A DNA stretch of 54,574 nucleotides from Snowella sp. (GCA_035285545.1 JAYKGY010000067.1:1-54574); one strand, 5' to 3'; shown: positions 1 to 10,446, counted from the stretch's first letter. Notes: generated by a model not told the origin, from the sequence alone. Numbers and translations: made by a program.

Positions 1-127
1 CAACACCAGATTTTTGACGCTCACTGGCGTTTTTTCCCAATCCTTTTCGTCAATTTCTGCTTTCTCTACTAGCTGTTTTTCTTCCATGAGTTTTAGATTA
101 TCAGATTTAGACCCTCTGAACGGTTAC
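1..127 (-). mobile_element. Left end of a probable IS66-family element with transposase N-terminus (ATG at 87, runs off the window)
   Basis: Minus strand from 127 reads GTAACCGTTCAG, an IS66-type GTAA terminus. ORF MEEKQLVEKAEIDEKDWEKTPVSVKNLVL carries a WEKTPxSVK motif I recall from cyanobacterial IS66 transposases. Confidence 0.6.
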
Positions 128-434
128 CCTATCGTCAGGGTTTATTTGTGTTGGCGCAATCAGGAGATAGTGTGATTATTCTTAACGATAAAAAATTTAA
201 ACCGAAAAGTTGGTAGTGTGGGGTAATGAGGCGACTCTAACAGCTAAAAAAAGATGAAGCAGTTTAACAATCTGCATTTTCAAAAAGTTCGGACATTACT
301 AATTCAGTGATACGCCAAACCGAATCCCAATCTAAAAAGGGAGAACTATCTTAGAGATAAGGAAACGAAGCAAACCTGCAATGCTTTAGCCCTGATAAAA
401 ATCTGGCTGAATTCCCAATCTGGAGGTAAATAAT

Positions 435-896
435 ATGGCACTCATCCGTTGGCAACCTTTCCAAGAAGTTAACGAACTACAACGGGAAATGAATCGTTTC
501 TTCGACACTTTGATGCCTAAAAATTTAGCAGATAATGGAGAAAAAGGTTCCTGGAATTTTGTTCCTGCGGCTGAACTAGTCGATACACCCGAAGCAGTTC
601 ATATCAAATTAGAAGTCCCAGGCATTGATCCCAACGATATTGATATTGAAGTGACTGCTGAATCCGTTAGTATCCGTGGCGAACGAAAATCGGAAAGCAA
701 AACCGAAGAAAAAGGCGTAACTCGCACTGAATTTCGTTATGGCCAATTCCATCGGGTTATTCCCTTACCCGTTCGTATTAACAATACCAATGCCAAAGCT
801 GACTATAAAGATGGCATTTTAACCCTCGATTTACCCAAAATTGAAGAAGAACAAAATCGCTCTGTCAAACTGAGTATCGGTCAACAATCGGCTTAA
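435..896 (+). CDS. hspA: Small heat shock protein (Hsp20/alpha-crystallin)
   Basis: MALIRWQPF N-terminus, EFRYGQFHRVIPLP and ADYKDGILTLDLPK motifs; GGAGG RBS. Confidence 0.95.
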   Translation: MALIRWQPFQEVNELQREMNRFFDTLMPKNLADNGEKGSWNFVPAAELVDTPEAVHIKLEVPGIDPNDIDIEVTAESVSIRGERKSESKTEEKGVTRTEFRYGQFHRVIPLPVRINNTNAKADYKDGILTLDLPKIEEEQNRSVKLSIGQQSA

Positions 897-970
897 TTCA
901 CTAATAGCTGATTATGGACAAACTCGACCAATAATCTACTAAGTTAACTGCAAAAATTAACGCCTAGTGG

Positions 971-995
971 GGTGGGTTTATGACCCACCTTTTTT
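971..995 (+). terminator. Intrinsic terminator after hspA
   Basis: GGTGGGT-ttatg-ACCCACC stem followed by T6. Confidence 0.75.
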
Positions 996-1020
996 GATTC
1001 TGTTGAATTAGGGCTGATTG

Positions 1021-1752
1021 TTAGGGGGCATCCTTCCATTCAGGCGTGAGTGTCCGAAAATTCGCATTAGCAACATTCGGATGACAGGTCACACAGGTTT
1101 TTGCAGACATATTAGGCGGCATGGTGACTCTGGGATGCAATGCTTTAAAGTAACGGGATTTTTCTACATAGAGAATCCGGGGAGAATCAGGCGGGGAGGG
1201 TCGAGAAAAGGTACTGACATAATCCCAAATCAACAATTGGGTAAAACGATTAAAGTTCGGAATTGAGGTTCCATAATGATTGTCCGGTTTCCGCAAAATT
1301 TCTTGCCAACTTTCGATGGGTAACACTTCGGGCGGAATGGCAATATGACAACTAGCACAGGTTTCTAAATAGGCTTCAAACCCTGGTTCATAGCGGGTAG
1401 GAACCGCATCGACAAACATCGGTTTATTGGGATCAATGGCAATGGGTTTAAGGTTAGGAATATTTGCAGCAGGGATAGGAGAAGGAACGGTTTCCGATGG
1501 TGTTGAGTTCGGATTGGGAGCGGTTTTGGGTGAGGGGGATAGGGGCGAAGGAGAGGGCGAAGGCGATTGAGCGATTTTTAGGGTTGCTGTGGGCTGTGGT
1601 TGAGCAGGATTAGGCTCGGAGGTAGGCTCTGGGATCATCGTCTGACGAGAGCCTGCTAAGGCTTGGGCTATTCCCCAACCGATGCCCCAACTCCAAAGAC
1701 AGAGAATGAGGGCAAGTAAAAAAGTTAGTATCGGTCTCGTCAATTTCACCAT
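1021..1752 (-). CDS. Dihaem cytochrome c family protein with signal peptide and Pro/Ser-rich linker
   Basis: Two CxxCH motifs (CASCH, CVTCH), PPEVLPxESW and HYG motifs. Confidence 0.8.
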   Translation of the reverse strand: MVKLTRPILTFLLALILCLWSWGIGWGIAQALAGSRQTMIPEPTSEPNPAQPQPTATLKIAQSPSPSPSPLSPSPKTAPNPNSTPSETVPSPIPAANIPNLKPIAIDPNKPMFVDAVPTRYEPGFEAYLETCASCHIAIPPEVLPIESWQEILRKPDNHYGTSIPNFNRFTQLLIWDYVSTFSRPSPPDSPRILYVEKSRYFKALHPRVTMPPNMSAKTCVTCHPNVANANFRTLTPEWKDAP

Positions 1753-1773
1753 GAGCTTAATTTGCGATTAATT

Positions 1774-2694
1774 TCAATCGTCAGGGTTTTCAATTGGGAT
1801 GGTTTTGAGTAATTTTTCTACGATAGTTTTGGCTTGTTTTCCACTGGCAGGAATAAGGCGATGGGCTAAGACATGGGGAGCCATTGCTTTAACGTCATCA
1901 GGAAGGACATAATCTCGTTCTTCTAAAAAGGCTAAGGCCTGGGAAGCTTTCTGTAAAGCGATCGCGCCTCTAGGACTTGCCCCTAAAATGAGATCCTCAT
2001 CCTTCCGAGAAGCCCGCACCAGATTGAGGATATATTGCTGTAACTCCGTTGTAATTTTAACGTTATTGACCAATCGCTGTAATTCTTTTACCGCATCGAG
2101 GGAAATACAGGGTTGTAAATCTTCTACAATCATCGGTTGTTGATGGCGTTGCAACATCTGTAACTCTTCTGCTTCTGTGGGATAGCCCAAACTCAACGAA
2201 ACGGCAAAGCGATCCATCTGGGCTTCGGGTAAGGGAAACGTGCCTTGATATTCAATGGGGTTTTGGGTCGCAATGACGAAAAAGGGATGGGGGACAGGGC
2301 GAGTTTCGCCGTCAATCGTGATCTGCTTTTCTTCCATGACTTCCAATAAGGCCGACTGGGTACGAGGGGTTGCGCGGTTAATTTCATCGGCTAATAGCAC
2401 ATTGGCAAAGGCCGGGCCGGGTAAAAATTCAAAGGTACGGGTACTGGGATTCCAAATATTCGTGCCGGTAATATCGCTCGGTAACAAATCCGGTGTACAT
2501 TGCACCCGTTGAAAGTGTCCATTAATCGAACGGGCCAAGGATTTTGCTAACAAGGTTTTACCTACGCCAGGAACATCTTCGAGTAAGGCATGACCCCCAC
2601 TTAAGAGCGCGACCAAGACTAAACGAATAGAGTCTGATTTGCCGACAATAGTACGACTAAGGTTATTAACAAGTTGATGAATTTGATCGCGCAT
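1774..2694 (-). CDS. MoxR family AAA+ ATPase
   Basis: EDVPGVGKT, DEINRATPRTQSALLE, ATQNPIEYQGTFPLPEAQMDRF. Start moved to ATG 2694 to avoid overlap with ribF. Confidence 0.92.
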   Translation of the reverse strand: MRDQIHQLVNNLSRTIVGKSDSIRLVLVALLSGGHALLEDVPGVGKTLLAKSLARSINGHFQRVQCTPDLLPSDITGTNIWNPSTRTFEFLPGPAFANVLLADEINRATPRTQSALLEVMEEKQITIDGETRPVPHPFFVIATQNPIEYQGTFPLPEAQMDRFAVSLSLGYPTEAEELQMLQRHQQPMIVEDLQPCISLDAVKELQRLVNNVKITTELQQYILNLVRASRKDEDLILGASPRGAIALQKASQALAFLEERDYVLPDDVKAMAPHVLAHRLIPASGKQAKTIVEKLLKTIPIENPDD

Positions 2695-2771
2695 AAAATT
2701 TAAAGTCTCGGCAGTCAGCCTTAATAAAGGAGGAATTTTATAGTTATCTTGCCCATTTTCATTCCCAGAGT

Positions 2772-3713
2772 TCACACGATCGCGGCAAGAATCCTGTGAG
2801 CTTGTTGGCAATCCTGGGTGATTTGGGCTTTGAGGGCTTCGAGGGAAGCAAATTTTTGTTCAGGGCGGAGAAAGGCCAACAAATTAACGCTCAGGGACTG
2901 TCCATATAAATCGGCTGCCCAATCGAATAGATGGACTTCGACACTCACCTGACTTTGGCCAACCGTGGGACGATACCCAATATTCATCACTCCACCAAAT
3001 GCCTTTTGAGGGATGTCTTTCAGGAAAATTTCCACACAATACACGCCTAAACGGGGCAATAATTTCGTTTCGGGGAGGTGTAAATTCGCGGTGGGAAAGC
3101 CGAGCGTTCTTCCTAGCTTTTTGCCATCAATGACAGTTCCTTGCAGACAATAGGGACGGCCTAACATTTGGTTGGCGTGTTTCACATCCCCTTCGGCTAA
3201 GGCGGCTCGAATTAGAGAGCTACTGATGCGGTGTTCTCCTTCGGTTTTCAGGGGCGCAATTCTGACTGCTGTTCCGAACTGGGACGCGATCGCCTGAAGA
3301 TCCTCTACATTGCCTTGGCGTTGATAGCCAAAGCGAAAATCGTTGCCGACCGTAACTTTCTGAGCCTTTAAATCTTTAACTACGATCTGTTCTACAAAAT
3401 CCTGGGGACTTAATCGAGCTAACGCCTGGGTAAAAGGCAATAAAACTAACTGTTGAATCCCTAGTTTTTCTAATTGTTCAACTTTTTCGTCTAGTGGGGT
3501 TAAGAGCAATTGCCGTTGACCACTAAAAAACTCACGGGGATGGGGGGTAAAACTAACCACCGTCGGCTGTAACACCGTCTCTGTTGCACCATCAAACGAG
3601 CTATCCAAAATCTGGCTTAAAACTTGGGCATGGCCTAAATGAACGCCATCAAAGTTGCCGAGGGCGATCGCGGTTGGAGTGATAATGTCGGTCGTTGTTG
3701 CTGGTATCCACAC
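2772..3713 (-). CDS. ribF: Bifunctional riboflavin kinase/FAD synthetase
   Basis: GNFDGVHLGH, ISSSLIR, GRTLGFPTAN, NIGYRPT. Confidence 0.97.
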   Translation of the reverse strand: MWIPATTTDIITPTAIALGNFDGVHLGHAQVLSQILDSSFDGATETVLQPTVVSFTPHPREFFSGQRQLLLTPLDEKVEQLEKLGIQQLVLLPFTQALARLSPQDFVEQIVVKDLKAQKVTVGNDFRFGYQRQGNVEDLQAIASQFGTAVRIAPLKTEGEHRISSSLIRAALAEGDVKHANQMLGRPYCLQGTVIDGKKLGRTLGFPTANLHLPETKLLPRLGVYCVEIFLKDIPQKAFGGVMNIGYRPTVGQSQVSVEVHLFDWAADLYGQSLSVNLLAFLRPEQKFASLEALKAQITQDCQQAHRILAAIV

Positions 3714-4035
3714 GCTTTACATTTTGACACAATTTGAGAAGTTTGCTGATCCCAAGATTAATGGCGATCATAAATCTGGGGGAAATTTAAAAATTAAAAA
3801 ATAGTAATTCTATTCAAAAATTAGTCATACTCTCCAATATGTCTATTCCAACTATTAGTAATCCAATCACTTCAATCAATTGATTAAAATTTTGTCAATC
3901 AGTAGGATCAATGTATAATAATGATTAAATTTAAATGTTTAGAATCAGTGGCTTTGAGTCTTACCAACGATTGCTAAATTAGTCATTTATGCTATTCTTA
4001 TTCCGTTTAGTTATTAATCACGAGGAATTCCTATC

Positions 4036-4866
4036 ATGAATCCCGCAGATGCGGCTGCTCAAATTAACCCATTTCTGATTTTTGCTTTCCAAGCACTAAC
4101 GGCATTGGGAATTAAAGTCATCGGGGCAATCTTACTATGGCTAGTGGGTCGTTGGTTAATCAACTTTGGCGTTAAATTACTTTCCAAGAGTCTCAAACGC
4201 CAGAGCATGGACATTACGATTGTTACTTACATTACGAATGTCGTCTCGATTACCTTACAAATTATCCTGATTGTTGCCATTCTCGGTTTCTTTGGCATTG
4301 AAACGACCTCTTTTGCTGCGCTTTTGGCAGCGGGTGGTATCGCGATCGGTGCGGCTTGGAGTGGATTGTTGGCTAATTTTGCCGCAGGTGCATTTTTAAT
4401 TCTTTTCCGTCCTTTTAATGTCGGTGATTTTATTAATGCCGGTGGTGTTATTGGAACGGTAGAAGAAATTGGTTTGTTTGTGACGACCATTAACACAATG
4501 GATAATGTTAAAACTATCATTGGCAACAATAAAATTTTTGCTGATAATATCCAGAACTTTTCGGCTAATCCTTATCGACGAGTTGATTTAGTGGCTCAAT
4601 TAAATCATTCTGTGAATGTGCAAGAAGCAATTCAATTACTCAAAGATCAGTTAGCTCAAATTCCTAACGTTATGCCCGATCCGGCTCCCGATGTAGAAAT
4701 TTTAGAGTTTAACTTGTCTGGCCCGGTTTTGGCGGTTCGACCCTATTGCCATAACAATGATTACTGGCAGGTTTATTTTGATACCAATAAAACCATTAAG
4801 GAAGCGTTTGGAGAAGCGGGTTATCCTGTTCCCGAACAGCACTATCAAATTCGTCAAGCAGCTTAA
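4036..4866 (+). CDS. mscS: Small-conductance mechanosensitive channel
   Basis: Three TM segments, LANFAAG..FRPFNVGDFI..GTVEEIG. Confidence 0.9.
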   Translation: MNPADAAAQINPFLIFAFQALTALGIKVIGAILLWLVGRWLINFGVKLLSKSLKRQSMDITIVTYITNVVSITLQIILIVAILGFFGIETTSFAALLAAGGIAIGAAWSGLLANFAAGAFLILFRPFNVGDFINAGGVIGTVEEIGLFVTTINTMDNVKTIIGNNKIFADNIQNFSANPYRRVDLVAQLNHSVNVQEAIQLLKDQLAQIPNVMPDPAPDVEILEFNLSGPVLAVRPYCHNNDYWQVYFDTNKTIKEAFGEAGYPVPEQHYQIRQAA

Positions 4867-4989
4867 TCTTAAATCCTTGATAGCAAAGGGGAGTCGCAAA
4901 AAAGTTGCGTTATCCTCTTTTTTTGTTGCGATCGCTGGGTGGCATTGTAATAATGACGATATTAGGAATTCGGAACAGGGAAAGACATT

Positions 4990-5940
4990 ATGCAAACCAT
5001 AACACTTGGCTCTCAGGGGCCGACTGTCACTGCTTTAGGCATTGGAACTTGGGCCTGGGGCGATCGCCTGTTTTGGTCGTATGGTAAGACTTTTGGCGAA
5101 AATGAAGTAGCAGAGGCATTTCAGGCCGCAGTCGAATCGGGTATTACCTTTTTTGATACCGCAGAAGTCTATGGATTTGGCGAATCAGAACGCTTACTCG
5201 GTCGTTTTTGTCAGCAAACTCACCAGTCCATCCAGATTGCAACGAAATATTTTCCCTTACCCTGGCGTTGGCATCGAGACGACATTACGAAAGCATTAAC
5301 CGCCAGCTTAGAGCGTCTGCAAATGTCTGAAATCTGCCTTTATCAAATCCACTGGCCCCTAGAGTTTATTCTCAAAACTCAAGATTTTATGGAAGTTTTG
5401 GCTGGCGAAGTCAAAAAAGGACGAATTCAGGCGGTCGGCGTGAGTAATTATTCTGCTGAACAGATGAGTTTAGCCCATCGTTATCTGGCTGAAAAGGGAA
5501 TTCCCCTAGCGGTCAATCAAGTGCCTTATTCTTTAATTACCCGACAAATTGAAGATAATGGCATTCTGGCGCGATCGCGGGAATTAGGGGTCACAATTTT
5601 AGCTTACAGTCCCCTAGCCCAAGGGTTGCTCACAGGCAAATACACCCCCGCAAATTATCAGGAATTACAGGGTGCCCGTCGTTTAGATCCCCGCTTTAGC
5701 CCCCAAGGTTTAACGAAACTTGCGCCCTTGTTTGCTGAACTCAATCGATTAGGCGAAAAATACGGAAAAACCCCCGCCCAGGTTTCCTTAAATTGGTTAA
5801 TCGCCCAGGGCAATGTCATCCCCATCCCAGGAGCAAAAACGGCAGAACAAGCCAAACAAAATGCAGGGGCTTTAGGTTGGTCGCTAACACCTGAAGAAGT
5901 AGACGGTTTACGGGAAATGAGCCAACGAGTCACCCAATAA
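4990..5940 (+). CDS. Aldo/keto reductase
   Basis: FFDTAEVYG, LYQIHWP, VGVSNY, AYSPLAQG, PIPGAK. Confidence 0.92.
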   Translation: MQTITLGSQGPTVTALGIGTWAWGDRLFWSYGKTFGENEVAEAFQAAVESGITFFDTAEVYGFGESERLLGRFCQQTHQSIQIATKYFPLPWRWHRDDITKALTASLERLQMSEICLYQIHWPLEFILKTQDFMEVLAGEVKKGRIQAVGVSNYSAEQMSLAHRYLAEKGIPLAVNQVPYSLITRQIEDNGILARSRELGVTILAYSPLAQGLLTGKYTPANYQELQGARRLDPRFSPQGLTKLAPLFAELNRLGEKYGKTPAQVSLNWLIAQGNVIPIPGAKTAEQAKQNAGALGWSLTPEEVDGLREMSQRVTQ

Positions 5941-5945
5941 ATAAC

Positions 5946-5972
5946 GTAGGGGCGTATTTGTCTGCGCCCAAC
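5946..5972 (+). repeat. GTAG-type REP-like palindrome between convergent genes
   Basis: GTAG-GGGCGTA-tttgtc-TGCGCCC-aac. Confidence 0.6.
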
Positions 5973-5992
5973 AATTCCTGTTATTCCGATTG

Positions 5993-6826
5993 CTAACTAT
6001 CGGCTGTCGGTAAATAACGGGGAAAGAGGCGATCGCAGAAAAAGAGGGTTCCGGCAGCCACACAGAGGGGAATGGTCACTAAATTGACTAAGGGAATACT
6101 CATCAAAAATAAACAGGTAAACCCAAAGCCCGCGCTCATGGGGAAGGTTTTGCCAATGAGTCCTAATTTTTCTCGAAATTTTAGCCTACGCCGTTCTAAC
6201 GGTTGATCCCAAAAATCTAAACAGGTTAAGGTTGCGGTTAAACTCAATCCCCCCACCGTAGCAATTAAGGTTCCAAATCCAGGTAGAAAATTACATAGAA
6301 ATAAAGGTAATCCAATTAATACTAAAAGCACCAATTTTTTAAGCTCGTATAATAGCGATCGCTGAATTTCTTTAAGCAAGCTAACTTCTACTACCGTTAA
6401 TTTCCCCAATTTTAAGGTTTCTAATTTTTCCGATAATTTCCCATACCAGGGAATGCCAATTAAAAAGCCAACTTGAGCGAGAATAAAGCCTGTAAAGATT
6501 AGTAGAATCAAACCCAATAAAAGTTTAAAAATTTCTACCAAAAATACAAAAATAATATCTAAATTGGGTAACCAATCAGGGAAATTAGCAGCTAATTGGT
6601 TTAACCGAGTGATGCCATTTGCTGTAATGATTTCACTAAATTGCTCATTCCAGGCAAGTAACTGTAAATAGAGAAAAATCCCTAAACCAATATTTAAAAT
6701 TAAAGGAACGATAATATAAGACCAAAGAGACGGATTTTGGCGAAAAAAGTTTAAAGCTTGAAAAGGATAGCTGGCTCCTGTTAGTAATCCACAACCTGTT
6801 AAGCAGTTGAAAAAAGCACGTTTCAT
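5993..6826 (-). CDS. EI24/CysZ-like membrane protein
   Basis: Hydrophobic segments, PWYGKLSEKLE, LDFWDQPLERR, IPLVNLVTIP. Confidence 0.8.
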   Translation of the reverse strand: MKRAFFNCLTGCGLLTGASYPFQALNFFRQNPSLWSYIIVPLILNIGLGIFLYLQLLAWNEQFSEIITANGITRLNQLAANFPDWLPNLDIIFVFLVEIFKLLLGLILLIFTGFILAQVGFLIGIPWYGKLSEKLETLKLGKLTVVEVSLLKEIQRSLLYELKKLVLLVLIGLPLFLCNFLPGFGTLIATVGGLSLTATLTCLDFWDQPLERRRLKFREKLGLIGKTFPMSAGFGFTCLFLMSIPLVNLVTIPLCVAAGTLFFCDRLFPRYLPTADS

Positions 6827-6880
6827 TTTTGTCTTATAATCACGATATTAATATTCAAATTTAATTAAAGCTAACGTTTT

Positions 6881-7678
6881 ATGGAATGGTTTCTTGTTGC
6901 GCTTACCAGTTTACTGGCTGTCCTCACCCCTGTTGGTTTAATTGTGGATAATGTCATTGCTGATAATATCCGCGATCGCGTCAAAAGTGTTGAGCAACTG
7001 TCTGTACGGGTCGATAATGCCCCTAGTTATCAACTCATTCAGGGAAAGGTGAATCGGGTACGCATTGCCAGCCGAGGCATTGAGCCGATTGAGCATCTTC
7101 GCATTGATACCCTAGATATTGAAACCGATCCGATTAATTTAAAATTAAACGATTTAAAAACAGGAAATTTAGACCAAGTTCGCGGTTCTTTGCGTTCTCC
7201 TTTGCAAGGGGCTTTTCATGTCGTTGTTAAACAGGATGATATTAATCAAGCCTTAGCCGAACCTGCCATTAAAGCCAGATTGCAAGGGATTGTAAGCCGA
7301 CTCTTACCGACTGATATTCCTAAGTTAGAACTCCTCAATACTCAGGTTACGTTTAAAGATAATAACCAAACTCAGGTACAAGTTCAGCTTCAACAACAAA
7401 GCGATGATCCCAGTGAACCCGCTGAAAAACTAGAGATTGTCATCGAAGGGGAAATTAAAGTCATTCAAGGGCGATCGCTGGAGTTTATCAATCCGAGTGC
7501 CAGCTTAAATGGGCGTAGAATTTCTCAACGAATTTTACTCAGTTTGATTGGCAGCGTTAGTGAACGGTTAAATTTAACCCAATTTGAAAAACAGGGGATT
7601 ATTGCCAGAGTATTAAAATTAGACATCGACAATGGGGAAATTAGTCTAGCAGGATTTGTTCGTCTGAATCCTTTGTAA
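6881..7678 (+). CDS. DUF2993 (LmeA-like) domain protein
   Basis: N-terminal anchor, VRVDNAPSYQLIQGKVNRVRIA, DINQAL. Confidence 0.7.
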   Translation: MEWFLVALTSLLAVLTPVGLIVDNVIADNIRDRVKSVEQLSVRVDNAPSYQLIQGKVNRVRIASRGIEPIEHLRIDTLDIETDPINLKLNDLKTGNLDQVRGSLRSPLQGAFHVVVKQDDINQALAEPAIKARLQGIVSRLLPTDIPKLELLNTQVTFKDNNQTQVQVQLQQQSDDPSEPAEKLEIVIEGEIKVIQGRSLEFINPSASLNGRRISQRILLSLIGSVSERLNLTQFEKQGIIARVLKLDIDNGEISLAGFVRLNPL

Positions 7679-7824
7679 AATAGCGTTTCCCAGAAATAAA
7701 ATGGAATAATGTTCCATATCAGTGATTCATATTGTTTTAGAAAAGTAGGTCAACAATGGTTTCGAGGGACAAAAAGTCGATAAGATAAAAGTGTCGCTAA
7801 ATATACAGTTTGGAGGGGAATGCT

Positions 7825-8034
7825 ATGAGTACCCAAGATAAAGCCCGTGAAGTAATGGCCCAAGAACGCAAGCAAGAAAATCATCTCCATGAAACGATGG
7901 TCAGTCGTGCCACCGATTCCCAAACCACCGCCACTCCAGAATTAGACGAAAAAGCCAGGGAATTATTAACCAGCGATCGCCAACACGTCGAACATCTCGA
8001 AGAAACTATGCTCAGTCGCTCAGTCGAGCATTAA
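7825..8034 (+). CDS. 69-aa protein with two copies of an IF7/GifA-like helix
   Basis: GGAGG RBS at 7812; repeats KAREVM..HLHETMVSR and KARELL..HLEETMLSR. Confidence 0.65.
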   Translation: MSTQDKAREVMAQERKQENHLHETMVSRATDSQTTATPELDEKARELLTSDRQHVEHLEETMLSRSVEH

Positions 8035-10263
8035 AGGCCGACGCAATCCCCATTGGATGAATTTCGCAAAGGGTTTAAACGCGATCGCGATAATTAACCT
8101 CAACGAAGCAAATTCCCCTGGAGCCTTCTGTTTTTTCCAAGTTCCAGGGCGACAAAAGAGAAATTCAATTAACTGTCGTTGTTGGTGTAGGGTTAAATCT
8201 TTAAATTGAAGATGTATTTTAAAACCCGATTTTTGGGGCAGAATTTGTTGAATTTTCCCTGGTAACTGTAGGTTTTTATCGGGTAACATCAACTGAATGG
8301 GGGAATCCAAAAGCTTGGGATCAAAAGACTGAGTAATGATAATTTCCGCTCCCCCTTCTGATAATTGAGTAATCGTTCCTTCAAACTGATTTTCTAAAAT
8401 GCTTAAAATTCCAGATTGATTAACCATAAACCACGCATTCGAGTCAAGTTGAGGACGATCTAAAAAACACTGTAAGGCTGCCAGTAATAAAATTAAGTTA
8501 TAACCACTCCAAATTAGCGTTAGGGCAAACTTTCTGGGGTAATCCGGTTGATCGATGAGGCTCAAATTCACGATTAAGCTACTCACTATCAAAACCAATA
8601 AAATGAGGACAGGAAAAGCCGATTTCCAATCATAAGTAATTTGGTTCCGGTGAGTGCCTTTGGGGGTGACTTTAAAGGAGCGGCCAAAAGGATTGATGAA
8701 AGTATTGATCAAGTTACGGGTTAAGGGAACGCAACTGACCAAGGAATAAAGATCAGAAAATAGGGACGAATGGGCATAATCATTGAGCCAACGATAGCTG
8801 CTGAAATATAAAACGTAATAGGGTAAAAAGAAGTAAGCAATTTCAGATAACTGCATCTGAAAAGGAATAATACCCAAGCAAGTATAAAGGAACGGGATTA
8901 ACAATAGAACAATGCGAGGAAAGGTATTAAACCAATGTAATAACCCCTCTAAATGGGCTAAACGTTGCATCCATGTTAAGCCGGGGATGGTTAGTGGATT
9001 AGACTGAATAAAAAAAGCTTGTAGGCTGCCCTGTCCCCAGCGCGATCGCTGAGCGAGATAATTCCCAATGCTTTCAGCGGATAATCCTGCACTTAATTTC
9101 TCAGGAAGATAGACCAATTCGTAGCCTTTGGCTGAGATTTCAACGCCGGTAAAATAGTCTTCACTCAAGGAATCGGTCACAAAATTGCCAACCTGTTCTA
9201 AGGCTTCTCTCCTAACCACAAAAGAGGTTCCTGAGCAGATAACCGTTTTCGTGTTATCTTTCATAATCTGGGTTTTTCGATAAAAGATTTCTTCGTCCGA
9301 GGCTAGAACTTTTTCTAATCCTAAATTTTTCGCAATGGGGTCAGGATTATAAAAACTTTGGGGCGTTTGGACTAGCCCAATTTGGGGATTTTGAAAGAAT
9401 CCAACGGTGCGGGTTAAAAAATTGGTAGTGGGGATAAAATCCGCATCAAAAACCACAATTAATTCCCCTTGGGTGTGTAAAAGGGCGTGGTTAAGATTGC
9501 CTGCTTTCGCGTAACGATTATCTGGACGAGTGAGATAGGAACACCCTAATTCTTGGCATAGTTTTTGAATATTTTCCCGTCTGAGTTCATCTAAAACGTA
9601 AATGTTTTTATGGGGGTAATTCAAAGCCTGGCAACCGATAATGCTTCTTTTTAAAATAAAGTCTGGTTCATTATAGGTGGGAATTAAAATATCCACCGTG
9701 GGTAAGTAGGTTCCTGCTAATACCGCTTGACTGTAGTGGTTAGCTTGTTGATGGCGGTCTTTAATCTGAAGCGAAAATAGACTCATCAACACAATTAAAA
9801 TAATGCCAATCAGTTCGCAGCCCCAAAGCAGTAAGCTAAATAGGCCATCCGTTGGATTGGATAAATTTAAAGTTACTAGCGATCGCCACAAAAAATAACG
9901 TAATGCGAAAAAGGAGAACATCCCCAGCATGATCGCCCTTGGCCAAAATTGGGAACGGGATGAACCCCGAACAATGATTTGACTCATCAACCCTACAGCG
10001 ATCGTAGGAAGATAAAGCTCGTAAGCGTGATTAAATACAGGACGCTTAAACCAGGCAGGCGGAGATTGTTGCCAAAAATTCAATTGCGCGAAGAAATCAC
10101 AAACAAAACTAACTTCCGCATACCAGGCGATCGCAATGAAAAAGAAACTGCTAATAATGGACAGAAAAACCAGGGTTGCCCACCGCTTCTGAACCCAGTT
10201 CACCCAAAATTTGACCAACAATACCAGGGAATGTTCTCGTTTAAGACGCTTAGGAAATTGCAT
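8020..10263 (-). CDS. bcsA: Cellulose synthase-like GT2 catalytic subunit with C-terminal PilZ-like domain
   Basis: IPTYNEP, AKAGNLN, FDAD, QTPQ, SED, QRSRW, FKVTPK. Confidence 0.85.
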   Translation of the reverse strand: MQFPKRLKREHSLVLLVKFWVNWVQKRWATLVFLSIISSFFFIAIAWYAEVSFVCDFFAQLNFWQQSPPAWFKRPVFNHAYELYLPTIAVGLMSQIIVRGSSRSQFWPRAIMLGMFSFFALRYFLWRSLVTLNLSNPTDGLFSLLLWGCELIGIILIVLMSLFSLQIKDRHQQANHYSQAVLAGTYLPTVDILIPTYNEPDFILKRSIIGCQALNYPHKNIYVLDELRRENIQKLCQELGCSYLTRPDNRYAKAGNLNHALLHTQGELIVVFDADFIPTTNFLTRTVGFFQNPQIGLVQTPQSFYNPDPIAKNLGLEKVLASDEEIFYRKTQIMKDNTKTVICSGTSFVVRREALEQVGNFVTDSLSEDYFTGVEISAKGYELVYLPEKLSAGLSAESIGNYLAQRSRWGQGSLQAFFIQSNPLTIPGLTWMQRLAHLEGLLHWFNTFPRIVLLLIPFLYTCLGIIPFQMQLSEIAYFFLPYYVLYFSSYRWLNDYAHSSLFSDLYSLVSCVPLTRNLINTFINPFGRSFKVTPKGTHRNQITYDWKSAFPVLILLVLIVSSLIVNLSLIDQPDYPRKFALTLIWSGYNLILLLAALQCFLDRPQLDSNAWFMVNQSGILSILENQFEGTITQLSEGGAEIIITQSFDPKLLDSPIQLMLPDKNLQLPGKIQQILPQKSGFKIHLQFKDLTLHQQRQLIEFLFCRPGTWKKQKAPGEFASLRLIIAIAFKPFAKFIQWGLRRPLMLD

Positions 10264-10446
10264 TCTAAAGATTTTGGGCAATCAACGTATTTTAACCTTA
10301 ACGGTTTTAAAGTCTAACGCATTTCAATCCTGGGACGCTTCGATCACTGACTCCTTACTCAGTTCCTCAATTCTAGCGATCGCCGATCTTTCTGATGCCC
10401 GTTACCAGATAAATGTTACTGACGGATTAAATTTAGGATACTGGGC

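Noticed and set aside
2695..2811. Long N-terminus of MoxR given in the ORF track
   Set aside because: Overlaps the ribF 3' end; family similarity starts at MRDQI
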